From Myxococcales bacterium (GTDB taxonomy: Bacteria > Myxococcota_A > UBA9042 > UBA3505): DNA of 64,000 bases. A model generated the notes under the pieces. The model saw nothing but the letters and a program-made list of their open reading frames with translations, was not told where the DNA came from and did no database searches. Both the position numbers and the translations under genes were made by a program. Position 1 is the stretch's first letter; every line of letters starts with the position of its first letter. The DNA lies in assembly GCA_002728755.1 (NCBI GenBank), contig PBVT01000008.1, positions 5,189 to 69,188 on the forward strand, given 5' to 3'. This document shows positions 39,094 to 48,343 of the stretch, piece after piece.

Positions 39094-39282
39094 CTACAGA
39101 TCAATCACGATGATTCGATCGCTATTGGAATCCGCGCTCTCGTCGTCGTCACCAATGTAAATGACAACGTCTTTTTCGCGCTCATCAACTTCTTCATGAC
39201 CAGGCATTTCGGCGAGCGGCCGTGGAGCCCAAAGAGGTATCTGGGCAGGCTGCTCAAAAGGTGTTTCGAAAGGTCGTCGCAT
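39094..39282 (-). CDS. small acidic hypothetical protein (62 aa)
   Basis: The ORF lies between clpP and the methyltransferase gene with protein-like composition (MRRPFETPFEQP...DDDESADSNSDRIIVIDL). No clear ribosome-binding site. The antisense 142-aa ORF at 38974..39402 looks like noise. Confidence 0.3.
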   Translation of the reverse strand: MRRPFETPFEQPAQIPLWAPRPLAEMPGHEEVDEREKDVVIYIGDDDESADSNSDRIIVIDL

Positions 39283-39513
39283 GATAAAAACTGGCTTGGG
39301 TTACCTACTTATAGTGTAAAGCGTTTTTCTCGTCTTTCAACTCTCGGTCTGAGAAATTTCTTCCTGAGACCTATACAAGGGATCATCGGCATTCCGGCTT
39401 AAATCCTTGAAACCCGTTTGTTTCCGATGGGTTAGAGAGTGTTTAAAGAGCAAGAAAAACGCGTTCTATAAAAATAGACGTAGCTCTCCCAAATTCATTC
39501 AAAATGCCCTCTA

Positions 39514-40296
39514 TTAAGAGAGTTTTTGACAAATTCGGTCCACAAAAGATGCCAACGAAGGGCCCAAATCCCCGTCCTTTGACTCCAAAAAAAGAGTCGG
39601 TTCGGGCTGTATTTCAACGGACGGCTTTTCTTCCAATACGAAGACGAGTACTTCTCGAAAAACCGTCTGATTTTCTGTCGCTGCGATGGGGTATTTTTGT
39701 CGCAGACTAAATCCCCTATTTTGTGCCGCTTCTACAACCGCAGACACTCGCTCTGGCGGATACATACAAACGAACATTCCCCCCGGCTTCACAGCCTCCC
39801 CGGCTACCTCTGCGAGCTGCTCATGATTCAGAGAGAGCTCAAACCGAGCAACCGCCTGACTCGGATCCTTCGGAAGTGTCCCCGAACCCAGGGGGTAAAA
39901 TGGAGGGTTACTAACAACAAGATCACAGGAAGTGAGAGGCCAATAGCGGCGCTCCATCACATCCGCACAATGTATTTTCACCCGTGATTCCATGCCATTG
40001 GACTCGACATTTTCCTTGGCACACGCAATTCGCTCATCGGATATATCAACGCCCCAGACCTGCGCGTCAGGCCATAAAAGCGCGGCCATTAAGGATAGAA
40101 AACCCGATCCACAACCAATATCGAGTACCCGCTCTGGGGTGGGTTTCGAGACCACCTCACAGATATAACTAAGCGCAAGCGAGTCTACTGCGGTCCGAAA
40201 GCCCCCTGCCGGTTGCTGATACTGCAGCTTGCCGTCAAATAGGCCGTCAGACGTGGCCAGGCCACGAGGGCGGTTCGTCTTCCCGGCCGTACCCAT
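39514..40296 (-). CDS. SAM-dependent methyltransferase, N6-adenine/NPPF-motif class (TrmN6/YfiC-like small-domain MTase)
   Basis: A SAM-binding motif VLDIGCGSGFLS and a catalytic VVSNPPFY motif. Confidence 0.7.
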   Translation of the reverse strand: MGTAGKTNRPRGLATSDGLFDGKLQYQQPAGGFRTAVDSLALSYICEVVSKPTPERVLDIGCGSGFLSLMAALLWPDAQVWGVDISDERIACAKENVESNGMESRVKIHCADVMERRYWPLTSCDLVVSNPPFYPLGSGTLPKDPSQAVARFELSLNHEQLAEVAGEAVKPGGMFVCMYPPERVSAVVEAAQNRGFSLRQKYPIAATENQTVFREVLVFVLEEKPSVEIQPEPTLFLESKDGDLGPSLASFVDRICQKLS

Positions 40297-40305
40297 ACAT
40301 AGGAC

Positions 40306-41070
40306 CTACATATTCAAGTACTGGCGAAAGTTCAGATATCTGCGCCGGGAGCGCAGCATGAACACCAGAGAGGAGATAACCAGGAAAATGGCTCCAGCAT
40401 AGATCCAGAGAACACTCGTTCGGAATGAAGGATCAAATCCATCAATGAGCACCCACGACACGCTCCTGGGGTATTCACCTTTTTCCCATGTCCAAAGAGA
40501 GTCCTTCATGCTGGATGGGGCGTGCTCTCGTCGATACAACAGCCCCTGCATGGTGACCTTCACATCGAGATTCTCAACACGGGCCCTCTTCGTCGAGATC
40601 AGTCCGAGGAAGCGACCGTCCAGATTATTAATCTTCATAGGCGGTGCCGGTAACGTCTGACTCGTCTGCACCACAATGTTGAACAGAGGGCAGAAGAACT
40701 CATTGAAATTGGTCGCATCGGTTCGGGTCATTGTAGGAACAAACCCAGTCATCCGAACAAAGCTTCCATTCTTAATCTTCAATGCATCAGGACAGCCTTT
40801 TACACATGCATTGTTTCCTTTCTTTTCATTCTCCGTCGCCCAGATCTCTCGTATATCACCAACATCTGTCGGCTCCCCATACCGAAGATAGCGGCTTATC
40901 TCTGGCCATAATTTGGTTCCGCTGAATAGGCTTCCTCCCAGGACAATCAGAAACAGGATTCGCCGCAGCCCATAGTTGAACTTGAGGTTCTCCAGATGCA
41001 CATGCGGATCATCGCCCATTTCCCAAGACTGAACCGCGCCGTCCGTCATATGTCCGTTTTCATTGTCCAC
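40306..41070 (-). CDS. hypothetical membrane protein (N- and C-terminal TM helices flanking a periplasmic domain)
   Basis: TM segments at about residues 36-52 and 220-240. GC content looks lower than in neighbouring genes. It lies 10 nt upstream of the methyltransferase gene on the same strand. Confidence 0.45.
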   Translation of the reverse strand: MDNENGHMTDGAVQSWEMGDDPHVHLENLKFNYGLRRILFLIVLGGSLFSGTKLWPEISRYLRYGEPTDVGDIREIWATENEKKGNNACVKGCPDALKIKNGSFVRMTGFVPTMTRTDATNFNEFFCPLFNIVVQTSQTLPAPPMKINNLDGRFLGLISTKRARVENLDVKVTMQGLLYRREHAPSSMKDSLWTWEKGEYPRSVSWVLIDGFDPSFRTSVLWIYAGAIFLVISSLVFMLRSRRRYLNFRQYLNM

Positions 41071-41124
41071 CGTCGACTCCTTGATCCACCAAGCGTAACG
41101 AATGCAGCCATGAACCGCGACAGC

Positions 41125-42420
41125 CTATACCATACCGTTCGCCAGGGGCCTAGTTAGAACGTTTGGGCTCATCATTTCATCCCGAAGGGGCGAACTTCGA
41201 CGCTGTGTTTCAAGTCGACGAAGCTTTCGATAGAACGTGCTTTTAGAAATACCCAGCCGCCGACGAGCAAGCCCGCGGTCGGCAGGTCTAAGAAGGCCAA
41301 TACGCAAAATCTCTCTATCCATTAAGGAGAGTTCGGTCTTCTCATATAGGTGTTTGCCACCACGGTTACTAGCGATCGTATCCGACAGTATCTGTCCATC
41401 GAGAGGTCTCCCCAGAGTACGTAACGCTGCTCTACGGAGTACATGCTTGAGCTCACGTACATTTCCAGGCCAGGTGTACTTCATCAGCGGTATCCAGGCA
41501 TCGACTGCCAACCCCCCCGTGAATAGTCCTTTCGTACGTAATTCATCCAATATAGCGATCCCTATCGGACGTATATCCATCGGACGATCCTTCAGGCCTG
41601 GTACAGAAAGAATCGTCCCGGAGAGACGCTCCTGGAAATCCCGTCGTAAACCATCAACCGTTCCATCCTCGCCACGCTCCCGATTGGTAGCTCCCACAAC
41701 GATCCCCTCAAAAGGAACCGTACGAACCTGCCCGACCGGCCGAACCTGCCTCTGTTCCAACGCCCGCAGCAGCGCCGCCTGAACATCGGATGGAGCCTCC
41801 CCTACCTCATCAAGAAAGAGTACACCGTCAGCCACCGTTCGAAACGCACCTACCGAGGATTGCGTTGCCCCGGTGAAAGCCCCTCGGACATGGCCAAACA
41901 ATTCGGAACAAGCCAGGCTGGGTGTAAGAGCTGCCATATTTACGGCCGCAAACCCCGCGCACCCTAATCGACTCTTTCTCCCCAGCCGCACCATCCGCGC
42001 CAGGGACTCCTTGCCGGTCCCGCTTGGACCAACGATAAGCACATCCACGCCGAAGTAGCCGGACAATACGGCCCACGCCATCACGTCTACAACCGACGGC
42101 GTCGCGGTGCAGAATCCAGCCAACTCAATCACCGGGCCCGTCTTGGTCTTGAAGAGATTACATACGACAGCCGGCCGTCCAGTGCCCATCCAAACCGAAC
42201 CCGGAGAATACGACACCCCGGTGTCCGGGGCGGAACTATCGACCACTACAATCCCTCCGTCTCGCGACCGGCGAATCGGTGGCATATCGAGGGTGGCCGA
42301 GGGCTTCAATCCCCGTTCCCAGGCAACCGTCTTTCCCCTGTCGTCCAATACAAGAGGGAGTCCACCGGACGGGTTAAGAAATACCAGGCAGGGGGAGGGG
42401 CTGGGATCATATTCATACAT
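41125..42420 (-). CDS. sigma54-dependent transcriptional activator (enhancer-binding protein) with C-terminal HTH
   Basis: An AAA+ sigma54-interaction domain (GPSGTGKE, ESELFGH, GAFTGA, FLDEVGE) and a C-terminal Fis-type HTH. The N-terminal sensory domain is unassigned. Confidence 0.8.
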   Translation of the reverse strand: MYEYDPSPSPCLVFLNPSGGLPLVLDDRGKTVAWERGLKPSATLDMPPIRRSRDGGIVVVDSSAPDTGVSYSPGSVWMGTGRPAVVCNLFKTKTGPVIELAGFCTATPSVVDVMAWAVLSGYFGVDVLIVGPSGTGKESLARMVRLGRKSRLGCAGFAAVNMAALTPSLACSELFGHVRGAFTGATQSSVGAFRTVADGVLFLDEVGEAPSDVQAALLRALEQRQVRPVGQVRTVPFEGIVVGATNRERGEDGTVDGLRRDFQERLSGTILSVPGLKDRPMDIRPIGIAILDELRTKGLFTGGLAVDAWIPLMKYTWPGNVRELKHVLRRAALRTLGRPLDGQILSDTIASNRGGKHLYEKTELSLMDREILRIGLLRPADRGLARRRLGISKSTFYRKLRRLETQRRSSPLRDEMMSPNVLTRPLANGMV

Positions 42421-42591
42421 TTTTCAAAACACCTCTTTCAGAATCGATTCCATGGTGACATCGGTCTATGTTCTCCCTTGGTCTTATCGACGTTTTACTG
42501 AGAGGCGTTTCGGTCCGTCATCCTGGATTGCGTATTGCCCCGCATAATTGACACCCCAGGTACGAACGAGGAAGATGTACCTAGAACACGT

Positions 42592-43854
42592 ATGGAGCAG
42601 CATTTCTTTATGGACCTGGTATACCTGGCCAAAAAAGCCAGACTGGCCGCGAACCACACCGCAACCGCGGACACCTCCACAAAGAATCTGTTTCTGCAGT
42701 TGGCTGGTAAGCTACTGCTCGAACGCGCCGATGCGATCCTCGAGGCCAACACCAATGACCTGGAACAAGCCAAGGCGAATGGTATCTCGGGGGCTTTGCT
42801 CGATCGCCTTACTTTGACAAGAGATCGGCTCGAAGGCATGGCAGAGTCCATGGAGGCGGTTGCCGCCCTTCCCGACCCTGTAGGAACATCAGAAGGTTTT
42901 CATACCCGCCCGACGGGTATACGAGTTGGCCGACAGCGAATCCCTCTCGGCGTGATTGGCATGATCTACGAAGCCCGGCCCAATGTGACATGTGAAGCAG
43001 CAGCCTTATGTGTAAAGTCGGGTAATGTGGTCCTCCTGAAGGGAGGCAGCGAAGCCCATCAATCCAATATGATTCTTGGAGCCGTCCTTCAGGATGCTTT
43101 GAAGGACGCTGGATTACCCGTGGACGCGGTACAAGTGATCCCCTCTACCGAGCGTAGTGTCGTGTTGGAACTTATTCAGATGGATGAGTATGTGGATTTG
43201 GTAATACCACGCGGTGGAGAAGGCCTGATTCGCTTCGTGGCTGAAAATGCCAGAGTCCCGGTCGTGCAACACTACAAAGGCAATTGCCATGTTTATGTGC
43301 ACGAAGACGCAGACCTGATGAAAGCCCACCAGATCACGGTCAACGCCAAGACCCACCGTCCAGGTGTATGCAATGCTGCCGAGACGTTGCTTATCGACGC
43401 CACGATCGCCGATTCGTTTTTGCCCGACGTGGCAGCAGACCTCAAAAGCCTGGGTGTTGAAATCCGGGGCTGTCCGGACACAGTAAAGCTCGTCGAGCAT
43501 GCGGTGCCAGCCACCGACGCCGATTGGGACACTGAGTTTCTAGATCTGATCCTAGCCGTTCGGATTGTTCCAGGCCTGAACGAGGCCCTTGCTCATATTC
43601 ACAAGCATACGAGTCTTCATACCGAAGCCATCATCACAGAAAATGAGGCCGTCTCAAGCCGATTCATCAAGAGCGTAGACTCATCCTGTGTCATGGTGAA
43701 TGCGTCCACGCGCTTCAATGATGGATTTGAACTCGGCCTCGGCGCAGAGATTGGTATCAGTACCACGAAATTACACGCTTTTGGTCCCATGGGACTCGAA
43801 GAACTGACGGCGAAGAAATTCGTCGTCATGGGGGAGGGGCATATCCGTGCGTAA
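42592..43854 (+). CDS. proA: glutamate-5-semialdehyde dehydrogenase (gamma-glutamyl phosphate reductase) ProA
   Basis: An aldehyde dehydrogenase fold with ProA-typical N-terminal and catalytic Cys regions. The start is chosen at the MEQHFF Met; the ORF track begins at 42535. Confidence 0.85.
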   Translation: MEQHFFMDLVYLAKKARLAANHTATADTSTKNLFLQLAGKLLLERADAILEANTNDLEQAKANGISGALLDRLTLTRDRLEGMAESMEAVAALPDPVGTSEGFHTRPTGIRVGRQRIPLGVIGMIYEARPNVTCEAAALCVKSGNVVLLKGGSEAHQSNMILGAVLQDALKDAGLPVDAVQVIPSTERSVVLELIQMDEYVDLVIPRGGEGLIRFVAENARVPVVQHYKGNCHVYVHEDADLMKAHQITVNAKTHRPGVCNAAETLLIDATIADSFLPDVAADLKSLGVEIRGCPDTVKLVEHAVPATDADWDTEFLDLILAVRIVPGLNEALAHIHKHTSLHTEAIITENEAVSSRFIKSVDSSCVMVNASTRFNDGFELGLGAEIGISTTKLHAFGPMGLEELTAKKFVVMGEGHIRA

Positions 43855-43919
43855 CCTCCTCCCCTTCTCCTATTCCAGTCCCCCCTCCCGACCTATCACT
43901 TAATTAGAGGTGTTCGTAT

Positions 43920-44324
43920 ATGCCAGAAAAAGCCAATGCTAACGTAGAGCCTGTCCAAGACTATGTTCTGGACGACGTACTCAAAGAGATTGCAGATGCA
44001 TCCATCGAAAAGCGAGCCGAACGCGTTCGGATCTTGGATGTTCGAAAAGCCGTCACTTATACGGACGCAGTGGTAATTTGTTCTGGGCAGAGCGACCGCC
44101 AATTACGAACGATCGCGGATTATATCGACCGCCAGCTTCGCAAAAAATTCCAACTCCACCCCTCCAGTGTAGAGGGACGAGATAGCGCCAGTTGGGTCTG
44201 TATGGATTACGGCGACATCATTATTCACGTCTTCTACGGCCCGGCGCGCATGTACTACGACATTGATAATGTCTGGCCAGAGGGCATGGAGCGAACAGAC
44301 GAGCTCGTAGAATATCCGGACTGA
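43920..44324 (+). CDS. rsfS: ribosomal silencing factor RsfS (Iojap)
   Basis: The DUF143 pattern ILDVRK..YTDAVVICSGQSDRQ...WVCMDYGDIIIHVF. Confidence 0.85.
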   Translation: MPEKANANVEPVQDYVLDDVLKEIADASIEKRAERVRILDVRKAVTYTDAVVICSGQSDRQLRTIADYIDRQLRKKFQLHPSSVEGRDSASWVCMDYGDIIIHVFYGPARMYYDIDNVWPEGMERTDELVEYPD

Positions 44325-44350
44325 GGAACCCCTATTTCGAGGCCCTGAAA

Positions 44351-44776
44351 GTGCTGGCAATACGCTTACGGACTCCGGCTAGACTGCCATTTCCACATAC
44401 TCGCGACACCATCGACGAATTACTCAATCGGATTCGAGGTCGAAAGATACGCGTCGAATTCGAACAGGTACGACGGCCAGAGCCAAAGATCGATCCATCC
44501 AGAGAGCAACTCTGGTTACTGGATGAGACAGGGGCTGGCTGGGATTCCAGGACCTGGGCTCGGAAGCTAGAAGAAAGCACCGACGCGGGCGTAAAAAGTA
44601 TCGTGCTATTTGTGGGCGGATCCCATGGAGTAAGCCCTGCAGTACGTAAGCAGGCCCGTCAGACCATCTCACTCGGTCACGGTACCTTTCCGTCCTGGCT
44701 GGCCTGCCTGGTAGCGGCCGAACAGATCTATCGAGCCGACAGCATCCTACGAGGAAGCCCCTATCATCACGGCTAG
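44351..44776 (+). CDS. rlmH: 23S rRNA (pseudouridine1915-N3)-methyltransferase RlmH
   Basis: A SPOUT fold with the C-terminal motif LSLGHGTFPS...EQIYRA..I..GSPYHH. It sits in the conserved position after rsfS. Confidence 0.8.
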   Translation: MLAIRLRTPARLPFPHTRDTIDELLNRIRGRKIRVEFEQVRRPEPKIDPSREQLWLLDETGAGWDSRTWARKLEESTDAGVKSIVLFVGGSHGVSPAVRKQARQTISLGHGTFPSWLACLVAAEQIYRADSILRGSPYHHG

Positions 44777-44837
44777 GTCAGACGCATAAATATTCTCTCA
44801 ACGATAAGAGAGGGTAGACAGAATCGAAGAGCACGAC

Positions 44838-45578
44838 TTGCTGTGGCTTCTTGCACATCGACTATTCGAGTTCCTTGCGCCATATACCTGCGTGGCCTGT
44901 GATTCCAGGACCGATGCTCTTATATGCGACCAATGCATGGATGCGCTGATCCCCTGGCCCAAGGCTCTATGTCCTGGCTGCGGAGTGCCTGACCCACGTC
45001 CACCTGCCAAACCGTGGCGACCGTGTTCCCATTGCGAAGCCTTGCAATCGTCTGGGCTCGATGATCTTCATATCTCCTGGACGTACGCAGGTGCGGCTTC
45101 GACAATCCTTCATCGCGCAAAGTTTCAGCGTAGGCCTGATATCGCTGTCCGTCTTGCTGCCCTCATTGCAGGAAACCCCCCACCCGAAGCTCGAATCCGC
45201 CATACGGACATCCTCATCTCAATCCCACCCTCACCGCAACGACTCCAAAACGTCGGATTCGACGCCAATGCAGAGATGACAGCCACCCTCGCATGGGCTC
45301 TACAAATGCCAGCAGCAAATCACGTACTCAAACGGGTGTCCGATGCTCGCCAAATGTATCGAACGGAGGACGAACGGCGTGCATTGATTCGTAATAGCTT
45401 CGAGCTTGGTGCCCGCCATCAACGAGTCGCGGGGAAGAATGTGCTCCTGATCGATGATGTACGAACGACGGGTTCAACACTCGCAACCACCTGTCGCCTT
45501 CTACGAATCGCTGGGGCGAAACAAGTCTCTGCGTGGGTCTATGCCGGGCGTTGTCGTTACACATCCGTTCCGGAATAA
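44838..45578 (+). CDS. comF: ComF family protein (phosphoribosyltransferase-like, N-terminal zinc finger)
   Basis: An N-terminal double CxxC zinc ribbon and a C-terminal PRTase motif VLLIDDVRTTGSTL. Confidence 0.75.
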   Translation: MLWLLAHRLFEFLAPYTCVACDSRTDALICDQCMDALIPWPKALCPGCGVPDPRPPAKPWRPCSHCEALQSSGLDDLHISWTYAGAASTILHRAKFQRRPDIAVRLAALIAGNPPPEARIRHTDILISIPPSPQRLQNVGFDANAEMTATLAWALQMPAANHVLKRVSDARQMYRTEDERRALIRNSFELGARHQRVAGKNVLLIDDVRTTGSTLATTCRLLRIAGAKQVSAWVYAGRCRYTSVPE

Positions 45579-45583
45579 GAGGT

Positions 45584-46324
45584 TCAGGGTTCTTTGGCGT
45601 CAACCCGATCCAGGAGTCGTTGAAACCCCGGATCGCCCAAGAGCCGTATGATTTCGGGATGCGCGGCCAACTGCCGATATTCGCCCTGCTCGGCCATCGT
45701 ACGGAGTCCCGGATCTTTTGCCAGGACTCCGGAATCGACCTCTTCCAGAATCAAGAGAGCATCTGCACTTGTAAGCTCCTCGGCTCCAAGGTCGTCACGA
45801 CTTGCAACCCGAATCAATTGGCCGAGTGCCCGTAATCGACGGTCAGGCACATGCTCGAAAACATTATTCTGTTCAACGAAAGTACCGACCCGTGATTTCT
45901 GGTAATTGATCCAGAGCGGCGGTGAAATCTGCGCAAAAACAACATTGGCCACAGTCAAGGTACATAGCGCCAGATACACACCGACCAGACCTCGAACTCC
46001 ACCGAGAAACGCCCCAAAACAACGATCGAAGCCACCCGCTTCTGGTTTAGAATCTGACCAGCGTTTCATCAATGGAGCGGTCGCGATACGTAATACGACA
46101 TACGCTACCAACCAGAGGACCAATAAGATCGCAAAACCGGCATACCAGGAGGAAATCCCAGTAAGCCGACCCAGCAGTTGGCCCACGGGGGCGCGAGTCA
46201 TATAAGCCATTAGAAAAGACGCCACCAGCAGTATCGATTGGAGAATCTGTGCAAATGCTCCGTTACGATATCCGGCCAGGATAAATACGCCCATCAAGGC
46301 CAATACAATGAGATCCAGAACCAT
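45584..46324 (-). CDS. cvpA: CvpA family membrane protein
   Basis: An N-terminal 4-TM CvpA-like domain (MVLDLIVLALMGVFILAGYRNG...) is followed by a soluble C-terminal extension. Confidence 0.55.
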   Translation of the reverse strand: MVLDLIVLALMGVFILAGYRNGAFAQILQSILLVASFLMAYMTRAPVGQLLGRLTGISSWYAGFAILLVLWLVAYVVLRIATAPLMKRWSDSKPEAGGFDRCFGAFLGGVRGLVGVYLALCTLTVANVVFAQISPPLWINYQKSRVGTFVEQNNVFEHVPDRRLRALGQLIRVASRDDLGAEELTSADALLILEEVDSGVLAKDPGLRTMAEQGEYRQLAAHPEIIRLLGDPGFQRLLDRVDAKEP

Positions 46325-46449
46325 GAACTACTCCTAGTTCGAGGGTAGCGCGGTCTGAAGAGGACACAAGAAAGCCGTCAAAACGAAAAAAGCCTCGGGC
46401 GTGATGCCCGAGGCTTTTTTCTTCTCTTATCGAGACTTGACCACCCTGA

Positions 46450-48192
46450 TCAGAAGGGGAGGCCAGGTATTCCGCTTCCACCGGAGCCACAAGGCAAACA
46501 GACCGGCTGTTGACCAAGCAGCGATTGGAAGAGGCTCTCAAAGTCGCCACCACCCGAGGTGAGGGCGCAGAGCAGAGCCTGGGTTTGATCCTGTACACAG
46601 CTCAAACCTGAAGGACATTGCGCATCACCCTGGGCCGGATCACATACACAGAAGCCTGGGATACCTGTTCCACCGAGAAGCTCGGGGGGAATCGGCACGC
46701 CGCCTCCAGCAGCATCTAGCAGAGTCGCGCACTCACCAGACGGGCACATGGCCGTTACGCCATCGCACTTACCGCCCGGATCAACACATGCTCCGGATGC
46801 AGGATCACAGATCATGGGTGCACCATCAAAGGGACTCGGAGGACAATCCGCATCTGTATTGCATTGTCCTACTTGTGTGGTACCGCCCTGGCACGTGAAT
46901 GTAGCCGCATCACAGGTGCCACCAATACTTACACAGTAGGAGTCATCATCCGCGCTACATTGTACGCACGTAAGCTGACCACCAACCTCTGCACAAGCCG
47001 GATATGGATCCTGGCATACATCACAGATGTCACTGGAGCAGGTGTGTGTGGTCGTATCGCACATACCACTGGCACAATGGGTACCGTTCAAGCATTCGAC
47101 ACAAGCGCCCTCGTAAAGGAACGGTGTTGGATCGGAGCAGCTCGAACCTTCACATTGGTTCGTGTTCGGGTCACAAGGACCAGCACCGACAGGACAATCC
47201 GAATCGGTCAAACACTGGACACATTGGCCATCAACACAGATGGGTTGGTCCGCAGCACAGTTGCAAGCGGCGCATTGCGCACCATAGCAACAGGTACCGC
47301 CGAGGAAGCCACATACCTGACGACCTTCGACCGAAAGACTGCAGCTGCTGTTCTCGGGGCACGCGTTGGATTGACCACATGCTGGAGCACAGACACCGAC
47401 AGAAGAGCCGTCCGGACGGTAGCAGAGAGACGAACCGTCGCCACTGCACTGATAGTCCAGCTGGCATGCACCGCAGGTAGATATCGCTGACGTGCACTGA
47501 CCATTACCGAAATTGCAGACCTGACCGGCGGGACAACCATCCACGACACAGCCGGAACACTTGTTCGAATATGGAACACATTGCTTACCAGCCGCGTTGG
47601 TGGCCTGCAGACATTTGAAACCGATTGAACAATCGGCATCAGCATTGCAGCCGGCCGTACAGGCCAATCCACTACTAAGCGGTGTACAAGAGTCGTTGGG
47701 ACCACCACAGTCCGTGTCATTGGTACAGGAGTCACAGATGAAATCTCCGTTGGAAGCTGGCTTGCACTCGCCAGTCAGCTCGTCACAGACATCCGTCCCC
47801 TGGCATCCAAGCTCTACACAGGATGCGGTTGGGTCCACGCAGAGACCATTCTCACAAATGCCTTCGGGACATTCATCATCCGACAAACATTGTGGAGCCG
47901 TGCCATCTGGAATACATACGCCTCCCAGAGACGAATTCGTTACCTCACTCGAACAAACATAACCATCGGGACATTCAGGGCAGCCCGCACAATCACATTC
48001 GACTTCTTCACAGGTCGCCTGGCCGTCGCCATTCACATCTACACAGACCTGACCTTCTTCACAATCGGCCAAACCAGAACAGGGTGCAGCCTGGCTGCCT
48101 GTCCCCGAATCGTCGCCACCGCAAGCAACCAACATACTCGCCAAAAAACTAGCGGCTACAACCAATCGAAACACTTTCATTAAACCTTGCAT
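46450..48192 (-). CDS. cysteine-rich repeat lipoprotein (Myxococcales-type Cys-rich repeats)
   Basis: A signal peptide with lipobox (LVACGG). The protein is about 17% Cys, arranged in repeated CxxGxCxxC / DxDCxxxxxC modules, with Gly/Asp-rich spacers. Confidence 0.55.
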   Translation of the reverse strand: MQGLMKVFRLVVAASFLASMLVACGGDDSGTGSQAAPCSGLADCEEGQVCVDVNGDGQATCEEVECDCAGCPECPDGYVCSSEVTNSSLGGVCIPDGTAPQCLSDDECPEGICENGLCVDPTASCVELGCQGTDVCDELTGECKPASNGDFICDSCTNDTDCGGPNDSCTPLSSGLACTAGCNADADCSIGFKCLQATNAAGKQCVPYSNKCSGCVVDGCPAGQVCNFGNGQCTSAISTCGACQLDYQCSGDGSSLCYRPDGSSVGVCAPACGQSNACPENSSCSLSVEGRQVCGFLGGTCCYGAQCAACNCAADQPICVDGQCVQCLTDSDCPVGAGPCDPNTNQCEGSSCSDPTPFLYEGACVECLNGTHCASGMCDTTTHTCSSDICDVCQDPYPACAEVGGQLTCVQCSADDDSYCVSIGGTCDAATFTCQGGTTQVGQCNTDADCPPSPFDGAPMICDPASGACVDPGGKCDGVTAMCPSGECATLLDAAGGGVPIPPELLGGTGIPGFCVCDPAQGDAQCPSGLSCVQDQTQALLCALTSGGGDFESLFQSLLGQQPVCLPCGSGGSGIPGLPF

Positions 48193-48343
48193 TCTTCACT
48201 CCTCAATGCAGTCTCACAACGCTCATTCATACATCGGATGATTTATGACCGCGGCATTGTACGCACTTTCACTTTCGTTTCAAGAGCTTTCCGGTAGGAT
48301 ATCGTGATACCAAGGGGTTTTCGTGTCTAAAGGCAACGCATAA

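Noticed and set aside
38974-39402. 142-aa plus-strand ORF between clpP and the methyltransferase
   Set aside because: Its composition is Arg/Leu/Phe-rich and low-complexity with no ribosome-binding site. It is antisense to the more protein-like 62-aa acidic ORF.
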